A program made the translations under genes and the position numbers. Below are positions 23,266 through 36,059 of a stretch of DNA of 64,000 bases, in pieces (positions within the stretch are counted from its first letter, which is position 1; every line of letters starts with the position of its first letter). The stretch covers positions 29,824,001-29,888,000 of the forward strand of contig NC_087437.1 of assembly GCF_036321535.1 (NCBI RefSeq), given 5' to 3'. Origin of the DNA: Camelus dromedarius (taxonomy: Eukaryota). The notes under the pieces were generated by a model. It had not been told where the DNA came from. It searched no databases and saw only the letters and a list, made by a program, of their open reading frames with translations.

Positions 23266-23332
23266 TATAGCAGTAGTTTGAGAAATCCACGAGGGACCAA
23301 CCAGAACTCTGAATCAAGAATTAGTTAGGGGA

Positions 23333-23432
23333 GGATGGGGAATAGCTCAGTGGTAGTGTGCCTAACATACATAAGGTCGTGGGTTCAATTTGCAGTACCT
23401 CCATTAAAAAAAAAAAAAATCTTAAAAAAAAA
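23333..23432 (+). mobile_element. Vic-1-like tRNA-derived SINE
   Basis: ggggaatagctcagtggtag...aaggtcgtgggttcaatttgcagtacctccatt plus poly-A; 17-bp TSD with 2 mismatches at 23316-23332 and 23433-23449. Confidence 0.85.
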
Positions 23433-25598
23433 AAGAATTAGATATGGGAAGCTGGTTAGCTGGGGCTGGCTACAAATGAGTAACACACTTATCTCCTAAA
23501 TCGTATAAAGCACATTTAATGACCTCTCCATTTGTGGTTTGTACTCTCAGCCTTATGTCTGTATTGAAGTAACTTGGGTTCAGTCAGGAATCCTGGCTCT
23601 GTCTGTAGAGGGTGACGCAGGCCTTGGTCCTGTGAAAATCTCAAGCCCTGGCCTGCCTTTTCTGAGTTCACCATGGTTCCAGCAGACCTGAGGTTACCTC
23701 CAGGAGGTTGGGAGTGCTTGCTGTTTCTTGAGATCCAAGAACTTTGGTGAGGATTATAGAATTAAATTTAACAACTGTAGATCAGAGAAGAGATCTGTCT
23801 TTTTGAACAAATGAATGAGGAGGTCCCTGGCAGGTTCCTTGACGTCGTTTTAAATTAAGCATGTGATTTTATTAAAGGGGCTATTGTCCTCTACCTCTTA
23901 TTCTAAAAAATTGTGTTCTGTCTGTTTATCTACTTCTCCCTGGAAGTATAGCACTGTCTCTGTCTTGACCTGATTTATCTGATCTTGGGTTATGCAGATC
24001 CCTGGCCCTTTAAGGTAGATGTTCTGCCAACAGCTTGTAGCTTAGATGGAGTGATAGCTCAGTGATTTCTTGGTGGACGAGGCAGGGCTGGAGAGAGCCT
24101 GCGGGGTCTGCTTACAGAGGACGCTGTTTCCGGGCTGTGGCCTTTTTTCGTTTTAGGAACCTCCAACATTCTCTCTGAGAGCCCCGCTGTTCCCGTGTTA
24201 TTTACAGTGAAAGAACTCTAGCTCATTTGTAATTCAGGGGCTGTTTGGGTTGTATTAAGTCTATAGAAAGGACCTAGGAGTGATTGTGTCCCGTGGTATA
24301 ATTTTACTTTGCAATTCATTCTCTTCTCACTTGAGCTCCTGAGAACAGAAGCCCGTGAATAGTGAATCACCAGGAGGCATGAATAAACCAGCCGATTTTC
24401 TGCAAGTGGATAACTCCAGCAAGTATAAAGGTCTTAGCTCAGATGGGGATTCAGTGCATGTTAGTGCTTTATGGAGCCCGAGTGATCTTGGATTATAAAT
24501 ATCTGATCTGATTTTTAATTGAGTACATTTCGGAGGCTTTTTGGTTGGTCCTTCTTTTGGGGGCCTCCCATTCTGGTTTCCCTGGCAGGTGGGGAAAAAT
24601 AAAAGGAATGTGCACCCATCCTATCTAGAAACAATGTCAAGTCACAGAGGGCATGAAAACATATCCCTCTCTACCACATAGAAAATGATGATTTGATTGA
24701 CTGGTGTTATTAATCTTGGCTCACTCCACAGACACAGGGCTGGCTCTGTCCCGTAGAAATAGCAATCTCAGGGCTCTATTTGAGGCGTAGAGAACCTGCC
24801 TCATCACCTGTTCCAGTCAGTGGAGTCAGAGACCAAGGAATATTACACAAAGTTCATGGTTTTCTTAGCACAATTCTTTACAAGGGGAAAACATCTGTAA
24901 CTATGATGAGTGTAGGAGAGGAATTACTGCCTAAAACCTGCCTGTTCCTTCATGGGAACATCTAAGAAGTGCAGACTTGCAAGGTACAAGAAGGATATCG
25001 ATCAGCATCAGTTTTAGATGGTGTATCTACTGATTTACTTTTGGCTCTAAACTTTAGAGAGTTTGCCCTTTTATAAATTTTAAAACCTGTCTCTTGGGTC
25101 TAATTGGACAATATCATACCCATAGATGAAGTATCTTATACTGTTCATTATTAGTTTTAGCCAGTTGTTAATTTCTGTCTCTTTGGACATGGAAAATATA
25201 TTGGTTACCAAGATCGTGGGTGAAGAATTTCAACACCAATTAGAGCAGTAAAAATATAATTTATAATTATGAATTTAGAACTATTATAACATTAGTGATT
25301 ACTCTGCATTTGCTATCTTGACAAGCTGCATATATATGTTCATATTTTAGTTGTAGGCTACACTTCTGTTGTTTTATTTGAATTTTTATCCACTTAAAAT
25401 GTTGACCATATTGACATATAGTTACACTTTCTCCTTAGAGTCTAGAATCTGCCATGGCAAGATTTTTGAACAGTTTTGTGAATTGGTTAGACTATACAAA
25501 ACCAAGAACCCCAAACTGAATCTAATTCTTAAAGTTTCACTAAAGTAGTTTTGCAATTCTACTTATTGATAACATAGTTAAATAAAAAATTTAACCAG

Positions 25599-25686
25599 AA
25601 ATAGAATCAGCTGGAATCTTGATCTTAGACTTCTAGCCTCTAGGACCATGAGAAAATAAATTTCTGTTGTTTAAGTGGAAAAAAAA
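25599..25686 (+). mobile_element. MaLR (MLT1-type) LTR fragment ending in poly-A
   Basis: atcttgatcttagacttctagcctctaggaccatgagaaAATAAAtttctgttgtttaag then an A run; tttaaccag on both sides. Confidence 0.75.
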
Positions 25687-26041
25687 TTTCTTTTAACCAG
25701 TGAGTAATGAGAACGATCAGGTGGGGTCAGAAGGGAGCTGGAAAGGATGGTTGTTTGGCTGGCTGTGTTCCTGTCTATACTCAGCCATAGCTCCCACTAC
25801 AAAAATATATATTTAAGAAATAAAAATAAAGCCTGTACAATTTAATTTCTTTCATTTTAAAAAACAAAATAAGAATCCATTTGGAAGATGATGCATTATG
25901 TTTTCTTTTCCACCTGTGGACACATGGAGAAATGTGATGAACTTGATCGTGTTTTAGATCCTCTTGGCAAAAATGTGCAAACTGCAGAAAACATGTTCAT
26001 TTTAAAACTGTAGGCACATACGTATGCTTTATACACATTTG

Positions 26042-26044
<3 letters not shown>

Positions 26045-26073
<29 letters not shown>

Positions 26074-26091
26074 AAAAAAAAAAAAAAAAAA
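26045..26091 (+). repeat. (TG)n microsatellite abutting a poly-A run
   Basis: About 12 TG units at 26045-26069, then ~21 A. Confidence 0.95.
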
Positions 26092-27404
26092 GCCTGGGCC
26101 TTCCAGTGATTTTTACTTCAGTTTAGCCATAAGGTCACAGTTTTTGAATTAGCAAATTTCCAGACACATTTGCCATCAAAATCTTTGCACACATTCTTTC
26201 TCCTAGCTTTCTTTTCCCTTCTTTCCTTCCTTGTTTCTTTCCACTTGACCTTAAGCTGTCTGTTTTCCTTCTCCCCCGGTTGGTTTTTCTCTTGCCTGCC
26301 TTCTGCCAGTCTCTGCGGGGCCCTTGTTTATATCCTCCCTCCCCTGCTTTCTCTGGTGTCCACTCTCTAAGCTCCTCAGTCTCTAAAATCATCTTGCCTG
26401 CTCTTGACCATCTTCCTCCAGGCACCTGCTCTCAGGTACTACTTCATTTAGAGTTGAATGTGGAAGGTCTCTGGGAGACAGAAAGCTTCCTCTTGGCTCT
26501 GGAGAAGAACCAGTTCAGCCCAGCCCCAGAGCAGCCTTCCAGCAGCCAGCCAGGAGGAGCTGATTCGTTGTAACTCTCCAGAGCAAGCTTTCAGGCTCCC
26601 TGAATGTGCCGTTTTTCTTAATTGTAATCCAAGAATGCTGAATGCTTCCTGAAATCTTTTTTTTTTTTTTTTTTTTTGGTATGAGCTGCTGGTTTCTTAC
26701 TGATCACTTTTTGGTTAAAGGAATATTTTATCATTTGTTTGTATTAGTGTGAGTGAAAGAGGATAATTCTGTGCATTTCAGTACTTTGCCTTTTTCAAAA
26801 CTACGTCTACCTCCCCCTCCAAAGAGCAACTTTAGGTGGGGTTTTTCCTTTCTGATAGGGTGAAGTACTCTTAATCCTCAGTAAATGAGCTGCCACCTGG
26901 GTAGGTCTCTAAGTCCGCATGCTTCACTCTCTTCCCCTTAAGGCTTCTAGGTCTGAACTGGGAGCAGTTCTGGATGGGGATGCTTGGGGTGTGGAAATTC
27001 TGGCTGGTGACCTTACCTGCAGAGACTGTGGGCATTGTGCCTAGACATCGGTCTGCCAGGACTTTGTGTCAGGCAGGAAATCCTGTGAAATTCCTGCTCA
27101 GGGTTAACCAAACGGGAGCAGCTCTGAGCGGTTTCATTCTTTGGCCAGTCTCCTCCCTTATTCAAACTTACGAGGAAGCCTTTTGAGCCATGAATTCTTG
27201 CTGACAGGCTGACCCAGGGTCAGGATGGTGGGTAAGGCTAAGAACATGCCATGATATGGGTGGATGGAAGCAAACATGTGGAGAGTTGGTACAGACCTGG
27301 CATTAGAAGGGGTCGTAGTGATGATCACTAGAAGAACACCAGGTGATCATTAGAGATGGGGTGCCTCTCATACAAAACAGGGCTCCCTAACCCATGTAAT
27401 TCCA

Positions 27405-27620
27405 CAGTTAAGAGCGTGACCCCTGGAGTTGACAGGACTGGATGCAGATCCTGGCCTTGCTACCTATTGGCTGTTTGATCTTGGATCCTAAGCCTCAGTT
27501 GTCATTCACATCTGTGAAATGGGCATAGGAATAGGATCAACTTTCTAGAGCTCTTTAGAGAATTCACTGGGAACAGGGGTATAAAATGTTTTTAGCACAT
27601 TTCTTGGCACTCAGTCAATG
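27405..27620 (+). mobile_element. MIR SINE
   Basis: agttaagagcgtgacccctggagttgacag...aagcctcagttgtc...atctgtgaaatgggc...ttggcactcagt. Confidence 0.72.
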
Positions 27621-27761
27621 ATTAGATTTTACTGCTGATTTAGGACTCTTTCTACTCTACTGCACTGCTTTCTGACTTTTCCCAAGAGTCAGGTTAAAGA
27701 CAGTAACATATAGTTGTCTTCATTTCCCTGACCCCATGAGGTAGAGAACTGTGCACCTGCC

Positions 27762-28764
27762 CAGCGGGGTCTTCACACTAGGGTATGCATTGCACCCCTA
27801 GGTGTTCAGCAAAACTATGCTAGGTGGGTAGGGATCGTTTTAAGGAGACCATTCCAGAGCCTCAGCTCCTGGGTATTCTTTTTTTCTAAAACCAAGACTG
27901 TTCTGCACTTAAAGTGTTACTCCAGGTCTTTTTTTCCAACTGCCCCTTTCCCATTTGCCTTTTTGCCATTTTTCTAAAGAAAGCCATCTCTCTTACCCAT
28001 TTCAAATCTTATCGTGGTGTCTTGTCCTCTCGTGTTAAATCAGTGGTGGCACAAGATTAAAGGGGGTCAGTTCTGGATGGAGATGCCGGGGTTGTGGAAA
28101 TTCTTGCTGGTGACCTCACCGGTTTCAGCAAAGTTTCCTTTAAATTAAACCACCATGCTCCATCCCCACCCCAGGCTGCATTTCACTCAGAGTTGCATTC
28201 TTGGTAAAATTTTATCTCTAGGGTTTAATGCATTGAAATTGGACGTAATTTCATTGTTTTGATCATAGGTTATTAATGATACTTGTGATGATTATATATA
28301 ATCTAGGAGAGCCTTTATACTTAAAGGTCCATGGTCACAGGAAATTTTAGAAAATTAAATTTAAAAATATATTTTTGTGTTCATTCAAGTATGGTAGGGT
28401 GACTAATAAGATATCCTAGCAAATATTAGAAAATTTAGGGAGGGAAGTTGACATAGAAATGAAATTTCAAGGAGAAAGAAGAATCATGTAAAACCTCCAA
28501 CTATCAAGAAAAGCTTATTTATTTTTAAATGGATGATATTGGATATCAGATCATCAAGGTTTTTATAGTTGATTGGATACATTTAAAAGAGTATAGTAAC
28601 ACATGGTTAAAATGCCTAGATTTACAATTAGTAGGAAAATACATCTTTGAAGTTCTTTAAGCTTAGGAGGAAATTTTGAGATGTCAACTGAAAAATAGGT
28701 CTAGGGGAACATGGTTTTTAAATTTTTTTGAGAAATATGATAGCAGAGATGTTTGAAGACCTTG
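27762..28764. mobile_element. hAT-Charlie-like DNA transposon remnant (~1 kb)
   Basis: Degenerate terminal inverted repeats cagcggggtcttcacac (27762) and gtttgaagaccttg (28751-28764) around an AT-rich interior. Confidence 0.5.
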
Positions 28765-29718
28765 TTACATTTTATTGCTATGAATTTTTGACACAAGGGG
28801 AAGGCACTCTCCTTTCTTGAGGCTCTTCTTTCTGTTAAGCACAGGATTTAATTGTTTGGAATTTGATATATGCCTGGCCTTGTACTACTATAATTTTTAA
28901 CTGTGAAACTTAAATGTTTTTCATGTGGCCAACTCAGTGCAGGTGTATCAAAAGAGACGCCAGGCCCTGCCTTCATGGAGTTCATAGTTCAGCGTCTACT
29001 CTTTGGTTTAGAAACCACCTTAGGGTAGGAACTGTAGCAGTCAAGTGTACAGGTGTGGCAGTTGAGGTAGGAACTGCAGTTATTCAACTCGGGTTCCAAG
29101 AGCATTACTCCAAGTGTGGTACTGGTGATCTTGGTTCTTGTAGGTACTGTTGCTTCTCCAAATAGTGTCAGGTTAACATCTTTATTTGTCAGAATTCAGT
29201 GTGCTTAAAGACTACTGCAGCTGGGACTTTGTTTTCTTGTTTGATTGGGTTTTTATAAAGAGCATTGGTATTCTTCTGAGTCTTTATGAAAAATAGTGTT
29301 AAAATTACTCTTCCAGTGTGATAAGGATGCCTTATTACTATCCAGGAATCCTGGACAGTAAACTCTCCAGGTGATGCCTTCATTTTCTTTATCAGATTAC
29401 TTCACTTACGTATTGGGAGATTAATAACATAAGTATTTTAGGGCTGTCCAGAACTAAGACTAGAACAGAGTAACTCAGCCTGATCAAATAGTGTTCTAGA
29501 CACTTTTCATTTCTTTAGTGTTGAACCATGCTGATTTATTAATGTGATTAAATGTTATTTGAGGGCTGTGAGACTCAAAAGTTATTATGGGCTGAATTTA
29601 ACATTTTGCATAATTTCTCTTAATTCATTTTTGAAGGACATAGCGTTATGCCCTTACATAATAAAGAAGTTGGTTGTTAAAGTAAACGAGCTCAACTTTA
29701 TTTTGCTTTTCCCCCTAG

Positions 29719-29775
29719 GTGAAAAGAAATGGATTATCGCACACGGTTAGCCAGGAGGAAAGAAAGAGGCAAGAG
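29719..29775 (+). CDS. ARHGEF26: ARHGEF26 exon 5 (57 nt; VKRNGLSHTVSQEERKRQE)
   Basis: Acceptor ttttgcttttccccctAG at 29718; donor GAG|GTAGGT; phase 0 to 0; EERKRQE precedes the DH domain in ephexins. Confidence 0.96.
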
Positions 29776-30039
29776 GTAGGTTTGGTACCGAGCAGATGCT
29801 TTAGAGCTCTGACTCTTAAGGGGCGCAGGTGCTTTCAGCTGCTGCATTCAGCTTTTTCCTTTGACAACGTATTAATTTTGTTCTTTTTACAAAAGAAGTA
29901 TGTGATCATTGTCAAGTAAAACTACACAGGAGTCCCCAGAAAAGAAAATTTAAAATATCCCAGCGTCTTTTTAACTTAAACAAGAAAGCACCTAGTCCAG
30001 GTATTTACACTGGAGGAAATATGTGGAAAAATGAAACAC

Positions 30040-30227
30040 GTTAGATCTGGGAACTGAAAAAGGATGTTAGTGAAAGAACTGGTGAAATCTGAATAATGTG
30101 TGTACATTTCTCTACAGACAAATGTAACGTACCCTGGTTAGGCGAAGCTAGGTGAAGGAAACACAGGAACTCAGAACCCTCTGCAAGATTTCTATAAATC
30201 TACAATTATACCAAAATGGAAGTTTAC
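30040..30227 (+). mobile_element. L1MC-like 3' end fragment
   Basis: aaaaaggatgttagtgaaagaactggtgaaatctgaataa...gctaggtgaagg...tataaatctacaattataccaaaat. Confidence 0.65.
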
Positions 30228-30469
30228 TTTCAGGTTTAGGGTTTCACAACTTGAAGTTTAATCAGTGTAGTTGAAGATTGCTCATTGTAATAATATTGCA
30301 AGTTTCTCAAAGCGCTTTCCTTCTGTCGTATGCATATTTGATGCACATATATGTATAAGTTTATGCATGTACATGCATTAAATCAGTTCTACAGAGGACA
30401 CAAGGTATTCTTTTCTTACTTTATTCACATGGAATAATGCAAAAATATAAGGGCACATTAGAGTGGCAT

Positions 30470-31030
30470 ATTTTTTAGATTTTAAAAAAACCCAAAAAGT
30501 ACAAACATTGGTGAACCTGTCACTGAGAATTAACAAATGTATTACATTTATAATTTTTTCTTCATTTTTTTAAAGTAAATAAGAAAATAAGACTTTCAAT
30601 AAAGCAGAAGTTCTATATTTTCCTCCTCAATCCCATTCCCTTCCTCTCCTCCAGAGAGGCAGCTATAATTATGAATTGATGTGTATCCAGCCAGTCTGTG
30701 TTTTTAAAACATATATTACATGTATTCATGTATGTGTACTCGTGTGGGTGTTAAAATGGAGATAAATGATATGATTCTGAATATATTTTTGATTACTTTT
30801 TATATTCAACAATGTTTTTGAGATTTTTTATCCATATTAATGCAAATTGATCTAGATCATTCAAAACACTATATAGTATTCCATTCTATAAATACCACCC
30901 TTAAAAAACTACATATTCTCCTAATGTTGGACAGTAGATGGTATGTTTCTTTCTTTATTAACATTGCTGCATAAACAATATTTCTCTCTCCTTATGGACA
31001 AATTAAAGAGCTTCTCCAGGTTCCTAGTCC
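30470..31030 (-). mobile_element. ancient L1 (L1ME-like) fragment
   Basis: ttcaacaatgtttttgagatt...tatagtattccattcta...ttggacagtagatgg...aacattgctgcataaac. Confidence 0.55.
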
Positions 31031-32809
31031 CATTTGAACATTTCTATTCTTTCAGACCTTTTCCATTTGGACTTACTCTATTTCCTTTATATTTTGAAAA
31101 TTTTTATTCAGATTTGTCATATAGAAAGGTAATGACAGCAGCAAATCTAACTCTGATTCCTTTCTATTCTTATATAGCTGTTTTAGCAGATCTAAACTGA
31201 TTTACTTGTAAGTAGTTGATGGCTCTATTGCAAGATGTTTTAACAGTTACTACATTATGCTTATTATATTAATAATTATTACATTACATTTATTGTATTA
31301 AATTGGCCCAATTTCATATTTTCCTGTAATCTAGTCTATATAGTTCATCACATTTTTTCGAATCTTTGCAATTTGGATTTGGTTACAAAAGCCTTTGATT
31401 TTGAAAACATCTTCAGTCATTACAAAGGACCATATCCATCAGCAACTTGAATCCATTATTTTTGGTCAGGAAGGGTGAATTTTCTTTAGTTTGCATTACA
31501 TTTCCTGGGGATAATTGTATTGGTTGAATAGAATTACACAAGATACACGGGTTAACTGAGACACAATGTTCTTACTCTTTACTCAGTAGATGGTTATATC
31601 ACTCAAGTCCCTGGAGTACCACAGAGGTTAGAAGGATCCATTTCATTAAGACTTCTGTAGAAGCTTATGGATGCTAAAAAGGGAGGTGAGCACTGAGACT
31701 AGCCCCACTGACCTGACTTGCAAAATATGGCCCACCTGGCAGCAGCAGGGCATCCACCTGCCTGAGCCTGCCTGCTCCCACCCAGGCTCAGCTGGAGCAC
31801 GGAGACTTACGGGAAGAGTCTCCTGTGCCCCTGGGGCCAGGTGCTGAGGGGAGGAGCCCAGGAAGCCACGGTGATGATGGCAGTATTACTAGGGAGGTCT
31901 CCAGGAAGGCTGAGAATCTCAGACCTGCGAGGATGTTCACCACCCTTCCCTGAGGAGGAATTCCCCCTGCCTTGCCATTCTTGGAGAATCTGGTTTTGTT
32001 AACGAGCTAGATGAATTCCTCACACAGGGCGTTGGTGTCTCTCCACATATGTGGGTTGGTTTTTCATCATTCATGAACACTTATCAGGTAAACCACTGTG
32101 TGCCTGACACCAAGAGTTTCTGCCCAGGGTCCTTCGCTCCTACTTGAGACACTGATGAGAGCAGAGAGGGTGGCTTGTGGAATGGACAGAATTACTTTCA
32201 ATTGTATGAATTTATGTAAAAGAATTCCTGTGGCTGATAAGAACCTTTTGAGGGGAGGTACAGTTAGGCTCTTTTAATACATTTAGAATATTTGCTCTTA
32301 TTGACTGCAAGTTAGTCAGATTATAAAAAATAGAGAAAAGGCCCACAGGGGAGCAAAGAAACGTATTTGTGAGAATTTTTCTCTGAATCTCAAGTGATGT
32401 CCATAAATTTTCGCTGTCCCAGAGTAGCATGCTTTGAAATCAGGGTTGGGGGAGGTGACCCCAAAGGTTAGTTAATGTCACACTGAAGTTTTATGACATA
32501 CCCTGGCTTCCTCTATTAATTACACCCCCTGGCAAAGCGTGACCTCAGGATGCAATCTCAAGTCATCCAAATCTTCTCATTTGTTTCCTATTTACACTCC
32601 AGGCAGTGACTCTGTTTCTTGAGATTTGGGTATACGTGCCTTATATAAAGACAGTAGTTTGGTGGTGTGTGTGTGTGGTTTTTTTTTTTTTTATACTTTT
32701 CTTTTTTGTATTTTTAAAGATACATCATTCTTATAGCAGAATTATGAGAGCTATATTTAGTTCTTTAATTAAAAGAATTAATAACACCTTTCTTCTTCCT
32801 TCTCACCAG

Positions 32810-32970
32810 GCTATCTTTGAAGTCATATCCTCTGAACATTCATATTTACTGAGCTTGGAGATCTTGATACGAATGTTTAAAAATTCTAAAGAACTGAGTG
32901 ATACAATGACCAAGACAGAGAGTCACCATCTTTTCTCCAATATTACAGATGTCTGTGAGGCAAGCAAAAA
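32810..32970 (+). CDS. ARHGEF26: ARHGEF26 exon 6 (161 nt; start of DH/RhoGEF domain, [53 protein letters not shown])
   Basis: Acceptor ttcttcttccttctcaccAG at 32809; donor AAA|GTAAGT; DH-domain signatures (E..SE.SY..SL and LFSNI); ends in phase 2. Confidence 0.97.
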
Positions 32971-33651
32971 GTAAGTTCACTTTTGTTTGCCATTGGTCGT
33001 GCCAAGACATGACTTACTGACAAACATCTGTGTTATCTCAAAAGGAAGACATTTAGAGGTATGAAGTCTCTCATTTGTTCAGTTGGCTTTGTTCTTTATT
33101 TCTTGAAATACGTTTTAAGATCTGTGTCAGGTTGTTGACATATCGGCGGAGACAAAATGTGTGATTCGTTGTGACACAGACGTTTCCATCTAAGGTCTCT
33201 TTATTCCTTCTTTTCCCTCCGCTTCGCCTTGTTCCCTTTTGTTTTTCCTTTTTAATTATGCCAGTAATATACCAACATTTAGTTGGAAGGGGAAAAAGTA
33301 ACTGACAATCATTCAAAACCAAAAATTATTTCTGTTTACATTTTCATAGCCTCATCCTTGTTAAGATATGTAAATACTATTTATAAAACGCAGTCATAGT
33401 GACCCTAACAGTTTCTATAGGTTTTCCCTATTTTACTTTCCATAAGCACTATTAGAGAAGTTTTCACTATTATTTTTAATGAGTGCAGGGAGCTCAGTGT
33501 GTACATGGCTGGCGAGCTCTTACCTCCTCAGAGTGAACTACACAGCCAGGACTGGAGCCATGTGCCGGCAGGGTACTGAGCTGAGCCATCCCAGTTGCTT
33601 GTTTGGTAGGTCAGAACGACTTGAATATTGGCAGTTTTATATGGTTGGGTC

Positions 33652-33806
33652 CAAGGTGGGTTTACTGTACAACTAATGAAGCTTAAGCTTCAAAGCTTCT
33701 CACTTGCAAGGGCACCTTTCGAATGTTTGTTTTTCTGCCTCCTTTTTTCTTAGAGGGCCTACAAATTGTACAGGCTTCAGTGTCCACAAAAGTGGATCTG
33801 TCCCTG
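33652..33806 (+). mobile_element. hAT-Tip100 non-autonomous element (Arthur1/MER69-like)
   Basis: ctaatgaagcttaagcttca...tcacttgcaagggc...gggcctacaaattgtacaggcttcag...tggatctgtccctg. Confidence 0.6.
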
Positions 33807-36059
33807 GGGTGAGTACTTCCTGTGAATCAGGGCATTGCTCGTTTGTCACTTGAGGGCAGAGCTGAGTAGACAGGGATGATAGCACGTTTGTGTCCCTGAT
33901 ACCATCGCGGTGCACAGGCACCTTTTCCTTTTGACTGAACACCCGTGCTGAACAGGTTAGCTTGTGAGTTGGGGCCTCTTCAGAGAGAGAGAATTCGTGG
34001 TCATCTCCCTTCCCCTGCGGTGAGCCCTCCAGGTACCTTCAGAAGCCAGGTTCTGCCACAGGAAAAGATCTTGGTCATCTTGTTACTGACATGGATACTT
34101 TAAAAAACCTGTTCAGAGGACCCGCTGGGCCTCAGAGAACAGGGCTGAGTAGTGTCCGGGTGATGACAGGCACTGCAGCTTGAGGTCCTCTTTCAGAACC
34201 TGGGCTATCGCTTGTGTTCAGCCTTTTTTTTTTTTTTTTTGGGTACCAGTCTTGCCCATTCGGGTAAGAGAGATGGAAAAATCTCCTTTCTCCCTTTAGT
34301 GAAGAAGGCAGAACAAGAGCCTTAGATGGTATGTCCCTGTTCAAAAGGTATTCAGATTTCAAAATGAGTCTTTCTCATTTTAACTTTTACTTCAGTTTAT
34401 CTCCAAAAATAAAGCTCCATATTAGATACATCACTATAAAGAATGATTACTGTTGTGATAACTGTAAAATGTAAGTCAAGATTTTAATTAGGAGATGTTT
34501 TCTGAAAACCACAGTGGCGTGTTTTTATTCCTCTACGGAATTACTCTTGGAACCGAGTGGCCATCCGCCAGCTTCTCACAGTGTGTAAATGACTCCAGAG
34601 GAGCTGTCAGTAAATTCTGGTGGTTGAGTAACAGCAGGGCTTGAACAGAGGCTGTTTTGGGTCCTAAGCGCCTTTGGGCTTCTGTGGTGCTGCTTGTGTA
34701 TCAGCGTGCTTCACAGGGAGCCCCGGCCCCAGCAATCGCTTCCTTTTCCTGTACTTTCTTAACCTTGAGAAAGTTGCTAAACCATGCCAACTCACTTCTT
34801 ATCTAGAAAACAGGGATAAAAACATTCCATAATTGGTTAACCCTGAAATAAGTCATTTTGTTAATTACAGATGAAAATTTTATGATTTTAATTTCAATCA
34901 GTTACAAAATTTAAATCTCTTCTGATTTTATTGAAATGTTTTCTGTAGTAACTTATAATAAAAGGCTCTTTTGGACATTTCATTTTTAAAACAAAACTCA
35001 GGAACTTCTCAGCCTTCATTCAGTGATCAAGAAATATCCTTATTATTTACATTTTTGTTTCATTTTTATTTGAAATGCACTGTTTTGTTTTGGATAAGTG
35101 CCTGTGTAATATTTGGTCTCTGTTGTAACATGTTCAACTAAGAATGTTCAGCTTCTACATGATAATCCTACGTCTGCATCCTAATCACTTACATTACAAA
35201 AGTTTGATTAAATTTGAAACAGTCATTTCAGATACAGCCTTTTTAAAATTCGAAGTGCTCAGATTTACAAAACCTAGTTCATTATGTAGTACCTGCTTGT
35301 CGATCTTCCGGTGTGTGGTGTCCCACAGTGACTCTTAAGTGATAGATAACTCCTTAATGTGCTGCCCATGAAAGGGTTTCCAGCCTTAAGAAAATGTAAA
35401 ATGTTAATTTTTTTCCTGACTAAAGCAAATGATCATCGTCTAAATGAATTACTGAAAAAACGTGGCATTGTTAAGTGTGGCATAAGCAAGACCATCTTCA
35501 TGGTTTTACTTTTACCTGATGAAAAGTTGTAGCTATAGGTGATGGGATGTTTAGTGGAGGCTGAGGTCACAGTATACTCAAGGTTCAGCTTAACAATGTG
35601 ATGTCTGGTCCCCTTTACAGTGCTCCAGGTTCTTCGTTGTTTGCCAGTAAATGATACCACGAAGCCCTTCTGGGTAAGATGACATTGTGTGAAGACAGCC
35701 AGGCAGGGACAAGAGCATTCTGATTCTGGGTGTGTGCATTTATCAGTGGATGTTCCTACTAAATTCTTTTCTGCTTTATAAAGAATCATTCATTTCAGTC
35801 AGCACTTGTGCAACCTCCTGTTCTGCCAGATGCCTGGGTTCTAGAGCCTTTTAGCTGGCGGCATCTGCCCTGAGGCTCTTGGTCCTTAGGGGCTGTTGGT
35901 GGCTGGTGGAACCTCCACAGTGTGTGTGCAGAGGCATCCTAGAGGAGTGTCCTGTCCCCAGGTGGGCTGGTTTGGGTGGTGCTGGAGATTATGGGCTTTG
36001 GACCCTTGGTGAGAATCACAGGCCAAGATGAGAGCAGATGGTGAAGGCCTTTGTGTGCC

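Noticed and set aside
32606..32974. 122-aa ORF
   Set aside because: Only 32810-32970 is exon 6; the upstream part is T-rich intron translated by chance.
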